Below, one piece after another: positions 1 through 10,095 of a DNA stretch of 64,000 nt. A model generated the notes under the pieces. That model was not told the DNA's origin and did not search any database. It saw nothing but the letters and a program-made list of their open reading frames with translations. The DNA is from an uncultured Pseudomonadota bacterium. GTDB lineage: Bacteria; Oederibacteriota; Muellerivitia; Muellerivitales; Muellerivitaceae. Made by a program: the position numbers and the translations under genes. Where the stretch lies: the NCBI GenBank assembly GCA_963770835.1, contig CAVYRH010000019.1:384001-448000 (forward strand). The letters are read 5' to 3'. Each line of letters opens with the position of its first letter. Within the stretch, counting starts at the first letter, position 1.

Positions 1-1638
1 GAGACGCACTTGGTCTTTCATGGGACCGGGGGAGTAGGGGGACAATTGAGTCGCTTTTTCGAAATATTGTTCAGCCAATGCAAAATGTTTTCTTTTCTCG
101 GATGGTTTTAAAGCCGCGACCCCCCGTTTAGCCTCAACAGCGCCCAATAAATCCCAAGAGTCCGTGCAATCTTGGCGGAAGCCAATGCTCTTTTTGATGA
201 AATATTCGGCCGAGTCCAAGTCGCCTTGTTCGTTATTGTAAGAAGCGTTGAAGTTATAAATTCTGGCCATGAAATCCTTATAGCCGCCAAGCCCCAAAGC
301 CCAAACCACGAAAAGCACGAGAATCACCGTCCCCGCCAGGTAAACCCTTCGGGAAAGGCCCAGGGAAACCTCCACGTCTCCAGTCAACTTTTTCCGGGAA
401 ATGGCGAAGGTGGCGAAGCCCAGGATCACTAGCCGGTGGCACCATTCATGGAAGGTAAAATCCACCGCGTTATGGACGGCCTCCAAAAGTACCAGGTAAA
501 AGGCATATTCCAAAACCAAGTCGTCCTTGGGAACTTCCTTGAAGACCGGAGTCTTCAATGTGCGGCTTCCTGTTTCCCCCAGGATGTACCAAAGAAAAAG
601 GAGGGTCAGCAAAAGCGCCGGCAGTCCGCATTCAATGGCCGCCTGGAGATATTCGTTGTGGGTGGCGGGTACGAATGTGTTCCAAAAGGCCGCGGGCTGG
701 TAAGCAGGAAAGACGTCCGGAAAGGTCCCGGGTCCGAAGCCCAACAGGGGCTGGCTCATGGCCATGTCAAAACCGCTTTGGAAAAGCTCCCAGCGATTGT
801 TGGCCCGTGGATCCACCTCAAGGGCGTTGAATAGTTTCCAAATGGTGAAGGAAGTACAGCCGATCACCAAAACCACGCCCAGACCGAAAAAAATCCACTC
901 CCGGGTTTGCCAGCCCGAAAGCCTTTTCTCCACTTCCTTCATATGCAAAAACAGGTAAAGAAGCACTACCGCCACCATGGCGACGAAGGCGCCGCGGCTT
1001 TGGGTGAGGGCCCAAGCCAGGAAGAGGAGGCCCAGGCCCCATCCCGACATGGCCTGCTGGTGCAGTTTCCTTAGGAGCCCCCACAACAGGGCCATGCCCA
1101 GGAAACCGGCGCCGATATTTTCATTGAGGAAAAAACCCTTGCGTTCGATGAACATTTTGAAAAAAGGGATTCCCAGGGTCCGCCCGGCCATATAAAAGCA
1201 AAGCCAGGCCGCGGAAATATAAGCGGCCCAAAGAAAAACTTTTTCAAACACCGGATAAACCCCAGGCCAGCGTTGCCAAACGATTCTTAAGGAGAACCAC
1301 CAAAGGACCAGGGCCATGAAACCCCGGAATGCGTAAAAGCTTTCGAAAGCCTCCTTGGAATTCTTGACCGACAAAAGGACCCAGGCGCCGAGGAGCAATA
1401 AGAGGATGTTTGGAAAATCCAGCCGAAGGGTCCGGGGGCCGGACAGGGGGCGCAGGGAGACCGCCAGGCAAATCAGGAAAACAGCCGCTGAGGTCCATCT
1501 TAAAACCAGGTCCTGGGTCAGGGAAACCGGCACGGTGGCATAGGGGATGAGGGTGACCAGGGGGATCAGGATCAGAAAGAGGGCGCCCACGACCCGCCCG
1601 GTGATGTCGGCGGGGAACTTCAATTCCGTTGATTTCAT
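1..1638 (-). CDS. O-antigen ligase (Wzy_C) family membrane protein with C-terminal TPR-like region; runs off the left edge
   Basis: Absent from the ORF track because no stop lies in the window. Manual translation from ATG 1638 stays open to base 1: many TM segments, LTQSRGAF, PLLGFGPGTF, HNEYLQAAIECG, then helical TPR-like AEQYFEKATQLSP. Confidence 0.8.
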   Translation of the reverse strand, partial: MKSTELKFPADITGRVVGALFLILIPLVTLIPYATVPVSLTQDLVLRWTSAAVFLICLAVSLRPLSGPRTLRLDFPNILLLLLGAWVLLSVKNSKEAFESFYAFRGFMALVLWWFSLRIVWQRWPGVYPVFEKVFLWAAYISAAWLCFYMAGRTLGIPFFKMFIERKGFFLNENIGAGFLGMALLWGLLRKLHQQAMSGWGLGLLFLAWALTQSRGAFVAMVAVVLLYLFLHMKEVEKRLSGWQTREWIFFGLGVVLVIGCTSFTIWKLFNALEVDPRANNRWELFQSGFDMAMSQPLLGFGPGTFPDVFPAYQPAAFWNTFVPATHNEYLQAAIECGLPALLLTLLFLWYILGETGSRTLKTPVFKEVPKDDLVLEYAFYLVLLEAVHNAVDFTFHEWCHRLVILGFATFAISRKKLTGDVEVSLGLSRRVYLAGTVILVLFVVWALGLGGYKDFMARIYNFNASYNNEQGDLDSAEYFIKKSIGFRQDCTDSWDLLGAVEAKRGVAALKPSEKRKHFALAEQYFEKATQLSPYSPGPMKDQVRL

Positions 1639-1713
1639 GCGCTTATTCTACCGGTTTTAAAAGCCCAATTCACCGCTAAAGGGCTGGCCAGAGATGTTAT
1701 TTGGAAGATTTAA

Positions 1714-1853
1714 CAGGGTGCTGAAAAAATGCATTTACACCCTGTCGACAGCCATGGGCCAGAAGCGAATCGCTTTAAGCCCCTTGGTTTTCAAGGGGTG
1801 ATTCGCGACGAAGATACGAAAAAGTCTGATGTTTAGACTTTTTCATCACCCTG
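1714..1853. mobile_element. 140-bp MITE-like element, copy 1
   Basis: Imperfect terminal inverted repeats CAGGGTGCTGAAAAA...TTTTTCATCACCCTG, flanked by TTAA/TCAA. Homologous inverted copy at 29508-29668. Confidence 0.75.
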
Positions 1854-4800
1854 TCAAAACCCGACTTTCACGCCTCCGCCGAATTCGTTGGAGTTCAAGT
1901 TGGTACGCCCGAACTCCCCTTGGTAATTCAGGGACAAGCTTAAGCTTTTCGCAAAGTTGATTTCTACCCCCGCCCCCGCCATGATCCCATCCTGCCCCAC
2001 CTGCGGCCCAGCCACCGTAAAGCTGTCCCCCGTCCCGAACCCCGCCTGGTAGGTACCGCCCTGGTAGTTGTATTCATGCTCCCATGCCAATTGGAGCATT
2101 GGGTTCAAGGTTGTGTCATTGCCCAGGGACCATTGGCTGTTCGCCCTCGCCCCCAAGCGGCTCAACAGCGAGTTCTCCGATTGGTTTGGAATCGTCAGGG
2201 GCGCCTGCGACCCTTGTTCCGTAAAGCTATTCATGCTGACATCGCTGTATTGGACCGACCCCATCGGGCCAATCTTCATTTGGCCCGACTTAAATTGATA
2301 ACCCATCTCCAAGGCCCCGTCATACTGGTTCCCCTGAGTCTTGCCCGTGGCCGTGCCGTTGTAGCCTGTTCTTGTGGTTCCGTAGGAGTTGATTCCCCCT
2401 TCCACCAGGGCGCTGGTATAGAACCCTTCCGAGTAAAACAATCCATAGAGTCCTAATTGCCCCCCGTCGGCGGTAAGGGTCCCCCCTGTCCCCAGGATCA
2501 CATCCGTGTGGCCATATCCCACCATCAGGCCTGCCACCATCTCCCTCGATAGGCGGTAGTCCGCCCCTGCTCCCGTCAGCCCGTAAGTCGTGACCTTGTA
2601 CCCCGCCGCGTTGGAATCCGAGGAAACGTTGAAGAAACCCCCGTTGCCCGAGACAAAACCTCCCCAAGGGCTGGTCTGGGACGGGGCCATGGCAGCTTCC
2701 TTGGAAGCCGGCATATTGCCCGCAAACCAGAGCGTTCCAGTACTGGAGAACCCCGGCAGCCAAGCGGTGTTGTCCACGTCGTTCATCAGCTGGGACATTC
2801 TTTGATCCACCAAGGCGGTCCGGGCCAAAGCCCCCTCGAAACCTGCTTGGTACAAAGCCGTGAAATCTTCCGGCGACAACTGTCCCTCAGCCGCCTGCAG
2901 GGAGGTATTGGAAAGAACGCCGATGGAGGCCATGAAACCGTCCACTTTGGGATTCAAGGCGATAGTGTCCAAATCTGCTCCAATGGACTTTTGGTTGGGG
3001 GTCGTTCCCGATCCTTGGAACGAGGGATTGATCGATTCCAGCTCCACCGCATTTGAAAAATAAAGGGGAAGGAGGCGGATACCGGTTAAGCCTTCGTCCA
3101 CCTGTTGAAAAATCCCGGAGACGGATTTGGCGTCCAGGATGGTCATTTTGCTGCCTAAAGTAGGGGCCGTAAGGCCGGAACCCGGCAAAAGGTTGAGGGT
3201 TCCATTGAGGATTGCGAACCCGGTAACGTTCACGCGATCTTGGGAGGAGGCTCCCGCGCCTCCTAGGCCCAGTTGAAGGGTTCCACCTGAAGCTTGGTAA
3301 TAATTGCCGTCGACTTGGAAAGTTAAAGGTGCCCCGGCGGTCGCGAGAATGCCGCCGTTGACCACCACCGAACCCACTGTTCCCAAGGCCTGGGAATTTC
3401 CTACTGCCAAGGTTCCCCCATCAATAGCGGTTCCTCCCGTGAAGGTATTAGCCCCCATTAGGCTCAAAGTCCCCGTTCCCACCTTGGTCAAGGAAGCCCC
3501 TGTGCCGCCATTTTGTCCCCCATCCGTGATCAATCCCGAAACAGTCGTAGAAAGGTTGTTTGTGCCTGTCACGAGGTTGCAATAACCAAGGTAATAAGTA
3601 CCCGTCCCAGCGATGGAACCCACGGTCATAGCCCCTCCTGCCACAGTGGAGGCGTTGTCGTAGCTGAAATCCACCAGGCACCCGTTGTCGTTGATGAGTT
3701 GGGCGGTGCCCCCACTTGAGTTGTTTTGAAAGTAAATTTTGCTTCCGGAAAAATTATTGGTGATGGTTGCCGACCCGGCGCTGGAATTGTCGATGAAATT
3801 TAGGGTTCCATCGTTGACAATGTTGGAATTCCCCGCTGTCGAGTTGTTGATGAAATCCAGTGTTGAAAGGTTGACGACTTGGCCGGTGCCGAAGGTTCCA
3901 TTTGTATCCATTGCCAATAAGCCCAAGGTCACAAAGGTTTTTCCCGTATAGCTATTGGCCCCCCCAAGGGTCAGGGCGCCGGACCCTATCTTTTGGAGGT
4001 TTTCATCCCCTAGAAGGTTGCCCGAAAAATTCCCAGACGAAACCATCAGTTGGGTGTTGGACTCATTCCCATAGACACTGACTCCGCCGCCCCCTTCCAA
4101 GTCCACAATCGAGACGGAAGCATCCCCTTGTACCCCGTTGGTGCCCTGGGTTGCCCCTGAACCCCCGGCGCCTCCCACGCCGCCGGTGATGCTCAAGAAG
4201 TTTCCCGATAAAAGAGTGACCGCTCCAATGGACAGATAAGTGCCCCCGCCGTTCCCACCCGCCCCGCCGGTGCCTCCGGTGGAGTTTCCGCCGTTTCCGC
4301 CGATGTCGCCCGCGAGAGTCAACCCTGACCCCGCGCCTAACGTGAGCGTTCCTATAGTAACGCCCAAGTTTCCGCCACCCCCGCCCGCCCCGCCTATCCC
4401 GGAGGCGGTGTTGTTTCCACCGTTGCCGCCCTGGCTTCCGCCCAAGATGATCTGATTAGAGCCCGTAATGGAAAAGGTCTCCAAGGACAGGCTAGTATTA
4501 CCTCCTTGGCCCCCGGCGCCGGACGTAGCCCCGGAGCTTCCCGCCCCCCCACTCCCCCCCGCCACCGTGACATAGGCATTGGAAGTGTCGGAGAAGGACC
4601 CGGTCAGCGAAAGGGTCGCACTGCCCCCGCTGCCGCCGTTGCCCGGTCCACCCAATACGGCTCCAGAACCGCCGGCGCCGCCGAGAACCTCAAAACTCAA
4701 ATTTCCCCCAAGGCTCACGCTTCCACCGATTACCGAAGCGTTCCCTCCATTCCCAGAGTTCCCTCCGTTCCCGCCTTCAATGGAAGTGAGCCCACCCTGG

Positions 4801-5822
4801 GAGGATAGCAATTGGGTCAAGGACCCAAACGTTACCATAGCGTTTCCGCCCGCGCCGCCGATTGAAACCCCGACCCCACCGTTGCCGCCTTGAACGGAAA
4901 ATTCGGCGGCCGCCGAAGCGGAACCCGTTAAAAGTGTTGCGCTGCCTCCGGCGCCGCCGGTCACTCCGGCGCCACCCTGACCGCCAGCCAAGAGAAGAGC
5001 CGAGAAAGACTCGACGGAGACGGAGCCGGCTTCCACAATAGCCGACCCACCCGCAGCGCCCATATTGGTTCCACCGGCTAGGTCAGTAACGCTCCCCCCC
5101 TGACCGCCCAAAAGTTGAAAATTGGTGCCCGATAGCGTAAAAGAACCAGCGGTTACGAAAGCCGAACCGCCCATACCGCCCAGGTCGCCGGTGCCGCCCG
5201 AAGCGGTTACACTGCCGCCAGAGCCTGCGAAAACTTGAACCGACTGGGTTAAGGTGGTCAAGGTGCCCACTGTGACTGAGGCGTTGCCCCCATTCTGTCC
5301 GACGAAACTTTGGTTTCCTATCTGGGTGGACGCACCCGACGCCGCGTTCAGTGTTGTATTAGCGGAAGAACCGATGGTCCAGGAAGCGGCGGTCACTGAG
5401 GCGTCCAACCCCGCTCCCAAAGCCCCGTTATTCGTCAATTGCAGATTATTGGACTGGGTGAAAGCCTGTTGGAAGAGGAGTTGGGCCTGGGCCTCATTTT
5501 GGCCGGTGAGATAGAGCCCCCCTCCCTCAAAGGTCACGCTTTGGGAAATCGGCGGTAAAGTCACCGTCAGGATGGGAGAAGTGTCGACTGTGAAAGTGAT
5601 GGCGCCTGCCGTGCCCGAGGCGTTCAACGTGGTGATGGCCCAGCCCAGGGAGCCGTTGCTTTCATCCGGGGCGCTATTGGTGACCGTTACCGCGTTTTGG
5701 GCGAAAAGCGGAAAGGCGGCCGGGAAAAAAAGAAAGGTCCAAATGAGGGTCTTCAGCCAAGCCGGGACATTTGAACGCATTTTTCGGAATGCTTGAAGCT
5801 TTTCGTTATTCCATTGAATCAT
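1854..5822 (-). CDS. Autotransporter with Gly-rich passenger, autotransporter-associated beta-strand repeats and C-terminal beta-barrel
   Basis: Signal peptide, GGxGG repeats, LTKVGTGTLSLMGANTFTGGT repeat, barrel ending GGGVKVGF. Confidence 0.9.
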   Translation of the reverse strand: MIQWNNEKLQAFRKMRSNVPAWLKTLIWTFLFFPAAFPLFAQNAVTVTNSAPDESNGSLGWAITTLNASGTAGAITFTVDTSPILTVTLPPISQSVTFEGGGLYLTGQNEAQAQLLFQQAFTQSNNLQLTNNGALGAGLDASVTAASWTIGSSANTTLNAASGASTQIGNQSFVGQNGGNASVTVGTLTTLTQSVQVFAGSGGSVTASGGTGDLGGMGGSAFVTAGSFTLSGTNFQLLGGQGGSVTDLAGGTNMGAAGGSAIVEAGSVSVESFSALLLAGGQGGAGVTGGAGGSATLLTGSASAAAEFSVQGGNGGVGVSIGGAGGNAMVTFGSLTQLLSSQGGLTSIEGGNGGNSGNGGNASVIGGSVSLGGNLSFEVLGGAGGSGAVLGGPGNGGSGGSATLSLTGSFSDTSNAYVTVAGGSGGAGSSGATSGAGGQGGNTSLSLETFSITGSNQIILGGSQGGNGGNNTASGIGGAGGGGGNLGVTIGTLTLGAGSGLTLAGDIGGNGGNSTGGTGGAGGNGGGTYLSIGAVTLLSGNFLSITGGVGGAGGSGATQGTNGVQGDASVSIVDLEGGGGVSVYGNESNTQLMVSSGNFSGNLLGDENLQKIGSGALTLGGANSYTGKTFVTLGLLAMDTNGTFGTGQVVNLSTLDFINNSTAGNSNIVNDGTLNFIDNSSAGSATITNNFSGSKIYFQNNSSGGTAQLINDNGCLVDFSYDNASTVAGGAMTVGSIAGTGTYYLGYCNLVTGTNNLSTTVSGLITDGGQNGGTGASLTKVGTGTLSLMGANTFTGGTAIDGGTLAVGNSQALGTVGSVVVNGGILATAGAPLTFQVDGNYYQASGGTLQLGLGGAGASSQDRVNVTGFAILNGTLNLLPGSGLTAPTLGSKMTILDAKSVSGIFQQVDEGLTGIRLLPLYFSNAVELESINPSFQGSGTTPNQKSIGADLDTIALNPKVDGFMASIGVLSNTSLQAAEGQLSPEDFTALYQAGFEGALARTALVDQRMSQLMNDVDNTAWLPGFSSTGTLWFAGNMPASKEAAMAPSQTSPWGGFVSGNGGFFNVSSDSNAAGYKVTTYGLTGAGADYRLSREMVAGLMVGYGHTDVILGTGGTLTADGGQLGLYGLFYSEGFYTSALVEGGINSYGTTRTGYNGTATGKTQGNQYDGALEMGYQFKSGQMKIGPMGSVQYSDVSMNSFTEQGSQAPLTIPNQSENSLLSRLGARANSQWSLGNDTTLNPMLQLAWEHEYNYQGGTYQAGFGTGDSFTVAGPQVGQDGIMAGAGVEINFAKSLSLSLNYQGEFGRTNLNSNEFGGGVKVGF
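1966..3626. repeat. 1661-bp direct repeat, copy A (copy B at 6042-7702)
   Basis: No differences seen by eye at offset 4076. Shadow ORFs in the track are identical in both copies. Confidence 0.9.
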
Positions 5823-5929
5823 TTGATTTGAATCTCCCGGGACAATGGTAAATACAGACGAGTGTCAGTAAAAAACGCGAAGGTTAATAATTCATAAAAA
5901 TCTGTGTCTCAATGCTTTGATTCCAACTA

Positions 5930-8900
5930 TCAAAACCCGACTTTCACACCGCCGCCGAATTGATTGGAGTTCAAGTTGGTCCGCCCGAACTCCCCCTCGT
6001 AGTCCAAGGATACGGTCAGGCTCTTCGCGAAGGACAGTCCCACCCCCGCCCCCGCCATGATCCCATCCTGCCCCACCTGCGGCCCAGCCACCGTAAAGCT
6101 GTCCCCCGTCCCGAACCCCGCCTGGTAGGTACCGCCCTGGTAGTTGTATTCATGCTCCCATGCCAATTGGAGCATTGGGTTCAAGGTTGTGTCATTGCCC
6201 AGGGACCATTGGCTGTTCGCCCTCGCCCCCAAGCGGCTCAACAGCGAGTTCTCCGATTGGTTTGGAATCGTCAGGGGCGCCTGCGACCCTTGTTCCGTAA
6301 AGCTATTCATGCTGACATCGCTGTATTGGACCGACCCCATCGGGCCAATCTTCATTTGGCCCGACTTAAATTGATAACCCATCTCCAAGGCCCCGTCATA
6401 CTGGTTCCCCTGAGTCTTGCCCGTGGCCGTGCCGTTGTAGCCTGTTCTTGTGGTTCCGTAGGAGTTGATTCCCCCTTCCACCAGGGCGCTGGTATAGAAC
6501 CCTTCCGAGTAAAACAATCCATAGAGTCCTAATTGCCCCCCGTCGGCGGTAAGGGTCCCCCCTGTCCCCAGGATCACATCCGTGTGGCCATATCCCACCA
6601 TCAGGCCTGCCACCATCTCCCTCGATAGGCGGTAGTCCGCCCCTGCTCCCGTCAGCCCGTAAGTCGTGACCTTGTACCCCGCCGCGTTGGAATCCGAGGA
6701 AACGTTGAAGAAACCCCCGTTGCCCGAGACAAAACCTCCCCAAGGGCTGGTCTGGGACGGGGCCATGGCAGCTTCCTTGGAAGCCGGCATATTGCCCGCA
6801 AACCAGAGCGTTCCAGTACTGGAGAACCCCGGCAGCCAAGCGGTGTTGTCCACGTCGTTCATCAGCTGGGACATTCTTTGATCCACCAAGGCGGTCCGGG
6901 CCAAAGCCCCCTCGAAACCTGCTTGGTACAAAGCCGTGAAATCTTCCGGCGACAACTGTCCCTCAGCCGCCTGCAGGGAGGTATTGGAAAGAACGCCGAT
7001 GGAGGCCATGAAACCGTCCACTTTGGGATTCAAGGCGATAGTGTCCAAATCTGCTCCAATGGACTTTTGGTTGGGGGTCGTTCCCGATCCTTGGAACGAG
7101 GGATTGATCGATTCCAGCTCCACCGCATTTGAAAAATAAAGGGGAAGGAGGCGGATACCGGTTAAGCCTTCGTCCACCTGTTGAAAAATCCCGGAGACGG
7201 ATTTGGCGTCCAGGATGGTCATTTTGCTGCCTAAAGTAGGGGCCGTAAGGCCGGAACCCGGCAAAAGGTTGAGGGTTCCATTGAGGATTGCGAACCCGGT
7301 AACGTTCACGCGATCTTGGGAGGAGGCTCCCGCGCCTCCTAGGCCCAGTTGAAGGGTTCCACCTGAAGCTTGGTAATAATTGCCGTCGACTTGGAAAGTT
7401 AAAGGTGCCCCGGCGGTCGCGAGAATGCCGCCGTTGACCACCACCGAACCCACTGTTCCCAAGGCCTGGGAATTTCCTACTGCCAAGGTTCCCCCATCAA
7501 TAGCGGTTCCTCCCGTGAAGGTATTAGCCCCCATTAGGCTCAAAGTCCCCGTTCCCACCTTGGTCAAGGAAGCCCCTGTGCCGCCATTTTGTCCCCCATC
7601 CGTGATCAATCCCGAAACAGTCGTAGAAAGGTTGTTTGTGCCTGTCACGAGGTTGCAATAACCAAGGTAATAAGTACCCGTCCCAGCGATGGAACCCACG
7701 GTAACGGGGCCTGAAAAGGCATTCGCATCATAACTAAAGTCCGTGAAACCGGTCCCATTTGTGATTAATTGTGCCGTTCCCCCTCCACCTGCCGTACCAG
7801 GTCCTTGTTCAAAAAAAAGTTTTCCTCCGCTCACCGTTGTTATCACAGCGTCCCCTGCGGTCGAAGAACCAGTGAAAGATATCAAACCACTGTTGAGAAT
7901 GGTTGCTGATCCACTTGATGACGAATCGTTAAAATTCAACATATTGTCATTGGTAATAAAAGCATTTGAAGCGGTGGAAGAATTAAAGAACTCCACCCAC
8001 CCAACTGCGTTGTTGTTCAAAATTGTTGCGCCTGATGCCGTCGCAGAATTAATGTAATAAATAAGAGAGCTGTTTGTTATTAATCCACTCCCCAACGTCC
8101 CCCCTGTGTTCACGCACAATAAGCCTCCCACTACCGACGTCCCCCCACCGTAGGAGTTGGGACCAAAAAGGGTTAGGGCCGCCGAACCTATTTTTTCCAG
8201 GGTTCCACCGGTGCCGTTGATCTGGCCGCCGAAGCTACCGGAGGCGATTTGAAGAAGGGAGTTGCTATTGGGCAACTGGATCAAACCTTGGCCCTCTAAA
8301 TCGCCGATGGAAACCGAATCCTGTCCCGCGGCCCCCGCGGTCCCCGGGGATATCCCCGAACCTGCGATACCACCCGTGCCGCCGCTGGCGGCCAGTTCAT
8401 TGCCCGCGCCCATGGTCACAGCGCCGATGGCCAGGGAAACATTGCCGCCCGCCCCGCCGTTGCCGCCGGTTCCTCCCGAGGAACCACCCCCTGCCGCTCC
8501 AGCCCCGCCGTCCAAGAAGAGATTGGAACCCGTCCCCAGGGTCAAGGTCCCCAGGGTCACGCCCAAGTTCCCCCCAGCCCCACCTGCCCCGCCCGCCGCA
8601 ACGCCAATGGAACTTCCCCCGCCGCCGCCGTTGCCACTGGAAAGGGAGATGGTGGTGGAAACCCCCACTGAAAAAGTACCGAGGGAGAAGGTTGTGTTCC
8701 CTGCCGCTCCACCGGCCCCCGGGGTGGCTCCCGAGGCCCCGATCCCACCGTTCCCGCTAATGACGCTCATAGTGGTGTCCGAGATAATCGAAAGGTTGGA
8801 CAAGGACATACTGACGTTTCCGCCATTTCCACCTGCCGCTGGCGCTGTGGAGGAGAAGGCATTGCCCCCGTTGCCGCCATTGACCAGGAATATGGAATAA

Positions 8901-10012
8901 CCCGAACCGGACCCTTGGAGGGTGGCACTTCCACCAGAAACCAGGGCATTTCCACCCGCCGCGGCAAATGAGGAGCTTCCCCCGCTTCCCCCCGCGACTT
9001 GGAAGGAGGCCCCGCTTAGGCCCGAATAAGACCCGAAAGAAACCGCCGCGTCCCCGCCCCGCCCGCTGGCCGAGATCCCGCCTCGGCCCGTCCCGCCTTG
9101 GACATTGAATTGAGCGTTGGAAATGAGCGATCCCGCCGTAAAGGAGGCCGCCCCGCCCGCCCCCCCAGTAACCGCATAGCCACCCTCACCACCATCGATG
9201 ATGATATTTCCATAAGTTCCGATAGATACTGCGGCAAAGGATACCGAAGCCGCCCCGCCTTGCCCGCCCACGCTGGTAGTGGTGCTGCCCAGGTCGGTCA
9301 CGTTCCCGCCGATGCCCCCACTATTGTTGTAATTCACCTCGAAATAACTGGGGCCGAGCAAAGTAAGGTTCGTTCCTGATAGAGAAACAGAACCACCCAC
9401 ACCTCCGACATCCCCTGAGCCATTGGTATCGTTCACATTCCCGCCGTTTCCCGAATTAAAGGTTTCAGAACCACCAATTGTCCAATTACCCACTTCAGCC
9501 GAGACGTTTCCGCCATTTCCGACTGTGATATTGACTCCACTGGTGGTTGTGGTGTCGGGAGCACTTGCCGCAACAATACTTCCGGTACTGTTGGACCCCA
9601 TGATCCAGGAGGCGGCGGTCACCGATACGTCCAGACCCAAGCCCAGGATGCCGTTGTTCTGAAAGGAAAGATTGTTTTGCTGGTTGAGCGTCCCCTGGAA
9701 AAGGAACTGGGATTGGGACTCGTTTTGTCCGATGACCTGCTGGTCGCCGCCGGCGAAAGTGACGCTCTGGGTGAGGCTAGGAAGGACTTGGGAAAGGGTA
9801 ACGGCATAATTGCTTTGGAAGGTGACCGTGCCGCCGCCCGTGTCGTTATTCAGGGCGGTAACGGCCCAACCGAGGGACCCCACGCTTTCGTCCCCCGCGC
9901 CGGTGGTGACCGCCACTGCGTTTTGGGCGGACGAATGGCCGGCAAGGAGAAACAGGAACAACGCGGCGGATAGGAAGGATAAGGGAACGGACATCCGGAA
10001 ACTTTTTTTCAC
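5930..10012 (-). CDS. Autotransporter with Gly-rich passenger (paralogue of 1854-5822)
   Basis: Same architecture; N-terminus AQNAVAVTTGAGDESVGSLGWA resembles the paralogue; terminal Phe. Confidence 0.9.
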   Translation of the reverse strand: MKKSFRMSVPLSFLSAALFLFLLAGHSSAQNAVAVTTGAGDESVGSLGWAVTALNNDTGGGTVTFQSNYAVTLSQVLPSLTQSVTFAGGDQQVIGQNESQSQFLFQGTLNQQNNLSFQNNGILGLGLDVSVTAASWIMGSNSTGSIVAASAPDTTTTSGVNITVGNGGNVSAEVGNWTIGGSETFNSGNGGNVNDTNGSGDVGGVGGSVSLSGTNLTLLGPSYFEVNYNNSGGIGGNVTDLGSTTTSVGGQGGAASVSFAAVSIGTYGNIIIDGGEGGYAVTGGAGGAASFTAGSLISNAQFNVQGGTGRGGISASGRGGDAAVSFGSYSGLSGASFQVAGGSGGSSSFAAAGGNALVSGGSATLQGSGSGYSIFLVNGGNGGNAFSSTAPAAGGNGGNVSMSLSNLSIISDTTMSVISGNGGIGASGATPGAGGAAGNTTFSLGTFSVGVSTTISLSSGNGGGGGSSIGVAAGGAGGAGGNLGVTLGTLTLGTGSNLFLDGGAGAAGGGSSGGTGGNGGAGGNVSLAIGAVTMGAGNELAASGGTGGIAGSGISPGTAGAAGQDSVSIGDLEGQGLIQLPNSNSLLQIASGSFGGQINGTGGTLEKIGSAALTLFGPNSYGGGTSVVGGLLCVNTGGTLGSGLITNSSLIYYINSATASGATILNNNAVGWVEFFNSSTASNAFITNDNMLNFNDSSSSGSATILNSGLISFTGSSTAGDAVITTVSGGKLFFEQGPGTAGGGGTAQLITNGTGFTDFSYDANAFSGPVTVGSIAGTGTYYLGYCNLVTGTNNLSTTVSGLITDGGQNGGTGASLTKVGTGTLSLMGANTFTGGTAIDGGTLAVGNSQALGTVGSVVVNGGILATAGAPLTFQVDGNYYQASGGTLQLGLGGAGASSQDRVNVTGFAILNGTLNLLPGSGLTAPTLGSKMTILDAKSVSGIFQQVDEGLTGIRLLPLYFSNAVELESINPSFQGSGTTPNQKSIGADLDTIALNPKVDGFMASIGVLSNTSLQAAEGQLSPEDFTALYQAGFEGALARTALVDQRMSQLMNDVDNTAWLPGFSSTGTLWFAGNMPASKEAAMAPSQTSPWGGFVSGNGGFFNVSSDSNAAGYKVTTYGLTGAGADYRLSREMVAGLMVGYGHTDVILGTGGTLTADGGQLGLYGLFYSEGFYTSALVEGGINSYGTTRTGYNGTATGKTQGNQYDGALEMGYQFKSGQMKIGPMGSVQYSDVSMNSFTEQGSQAPLTIPNQSENSLLSRLGARANSQWSLGNDTTLNPMLQLAWEHEYNYQGGTYQAGFGTGDSFTVAGPQVGQDGIMAGAGVGLSFAKSLTVSLDYEGEFGRTNLNSNQFGGGVKVGF
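6042..7702. repeat. 1661-bp direct repeat, copy B
   Basis: Matches 1966-3626. Confidence 0.9.
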
Positions 10013-10095
10013 GAAGAGTCCTTTGGAGTGGTTTGGAAAAGCCTCGTTATTCTACCGCTTTCCTCACGTGTTCCAAAAAATCCGGATCAAATTTT

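Noticed and set aside
108..1543. Small ORFs in the first 1.6 kb
   Set aside because: They overlap the long minus-strand O-antigen ligase frame missed by the track.
1966..7702. Autotransporter repeat as DGR template/variable region
   Set aside because: Far too long and no adenine-specific mismatches seen.
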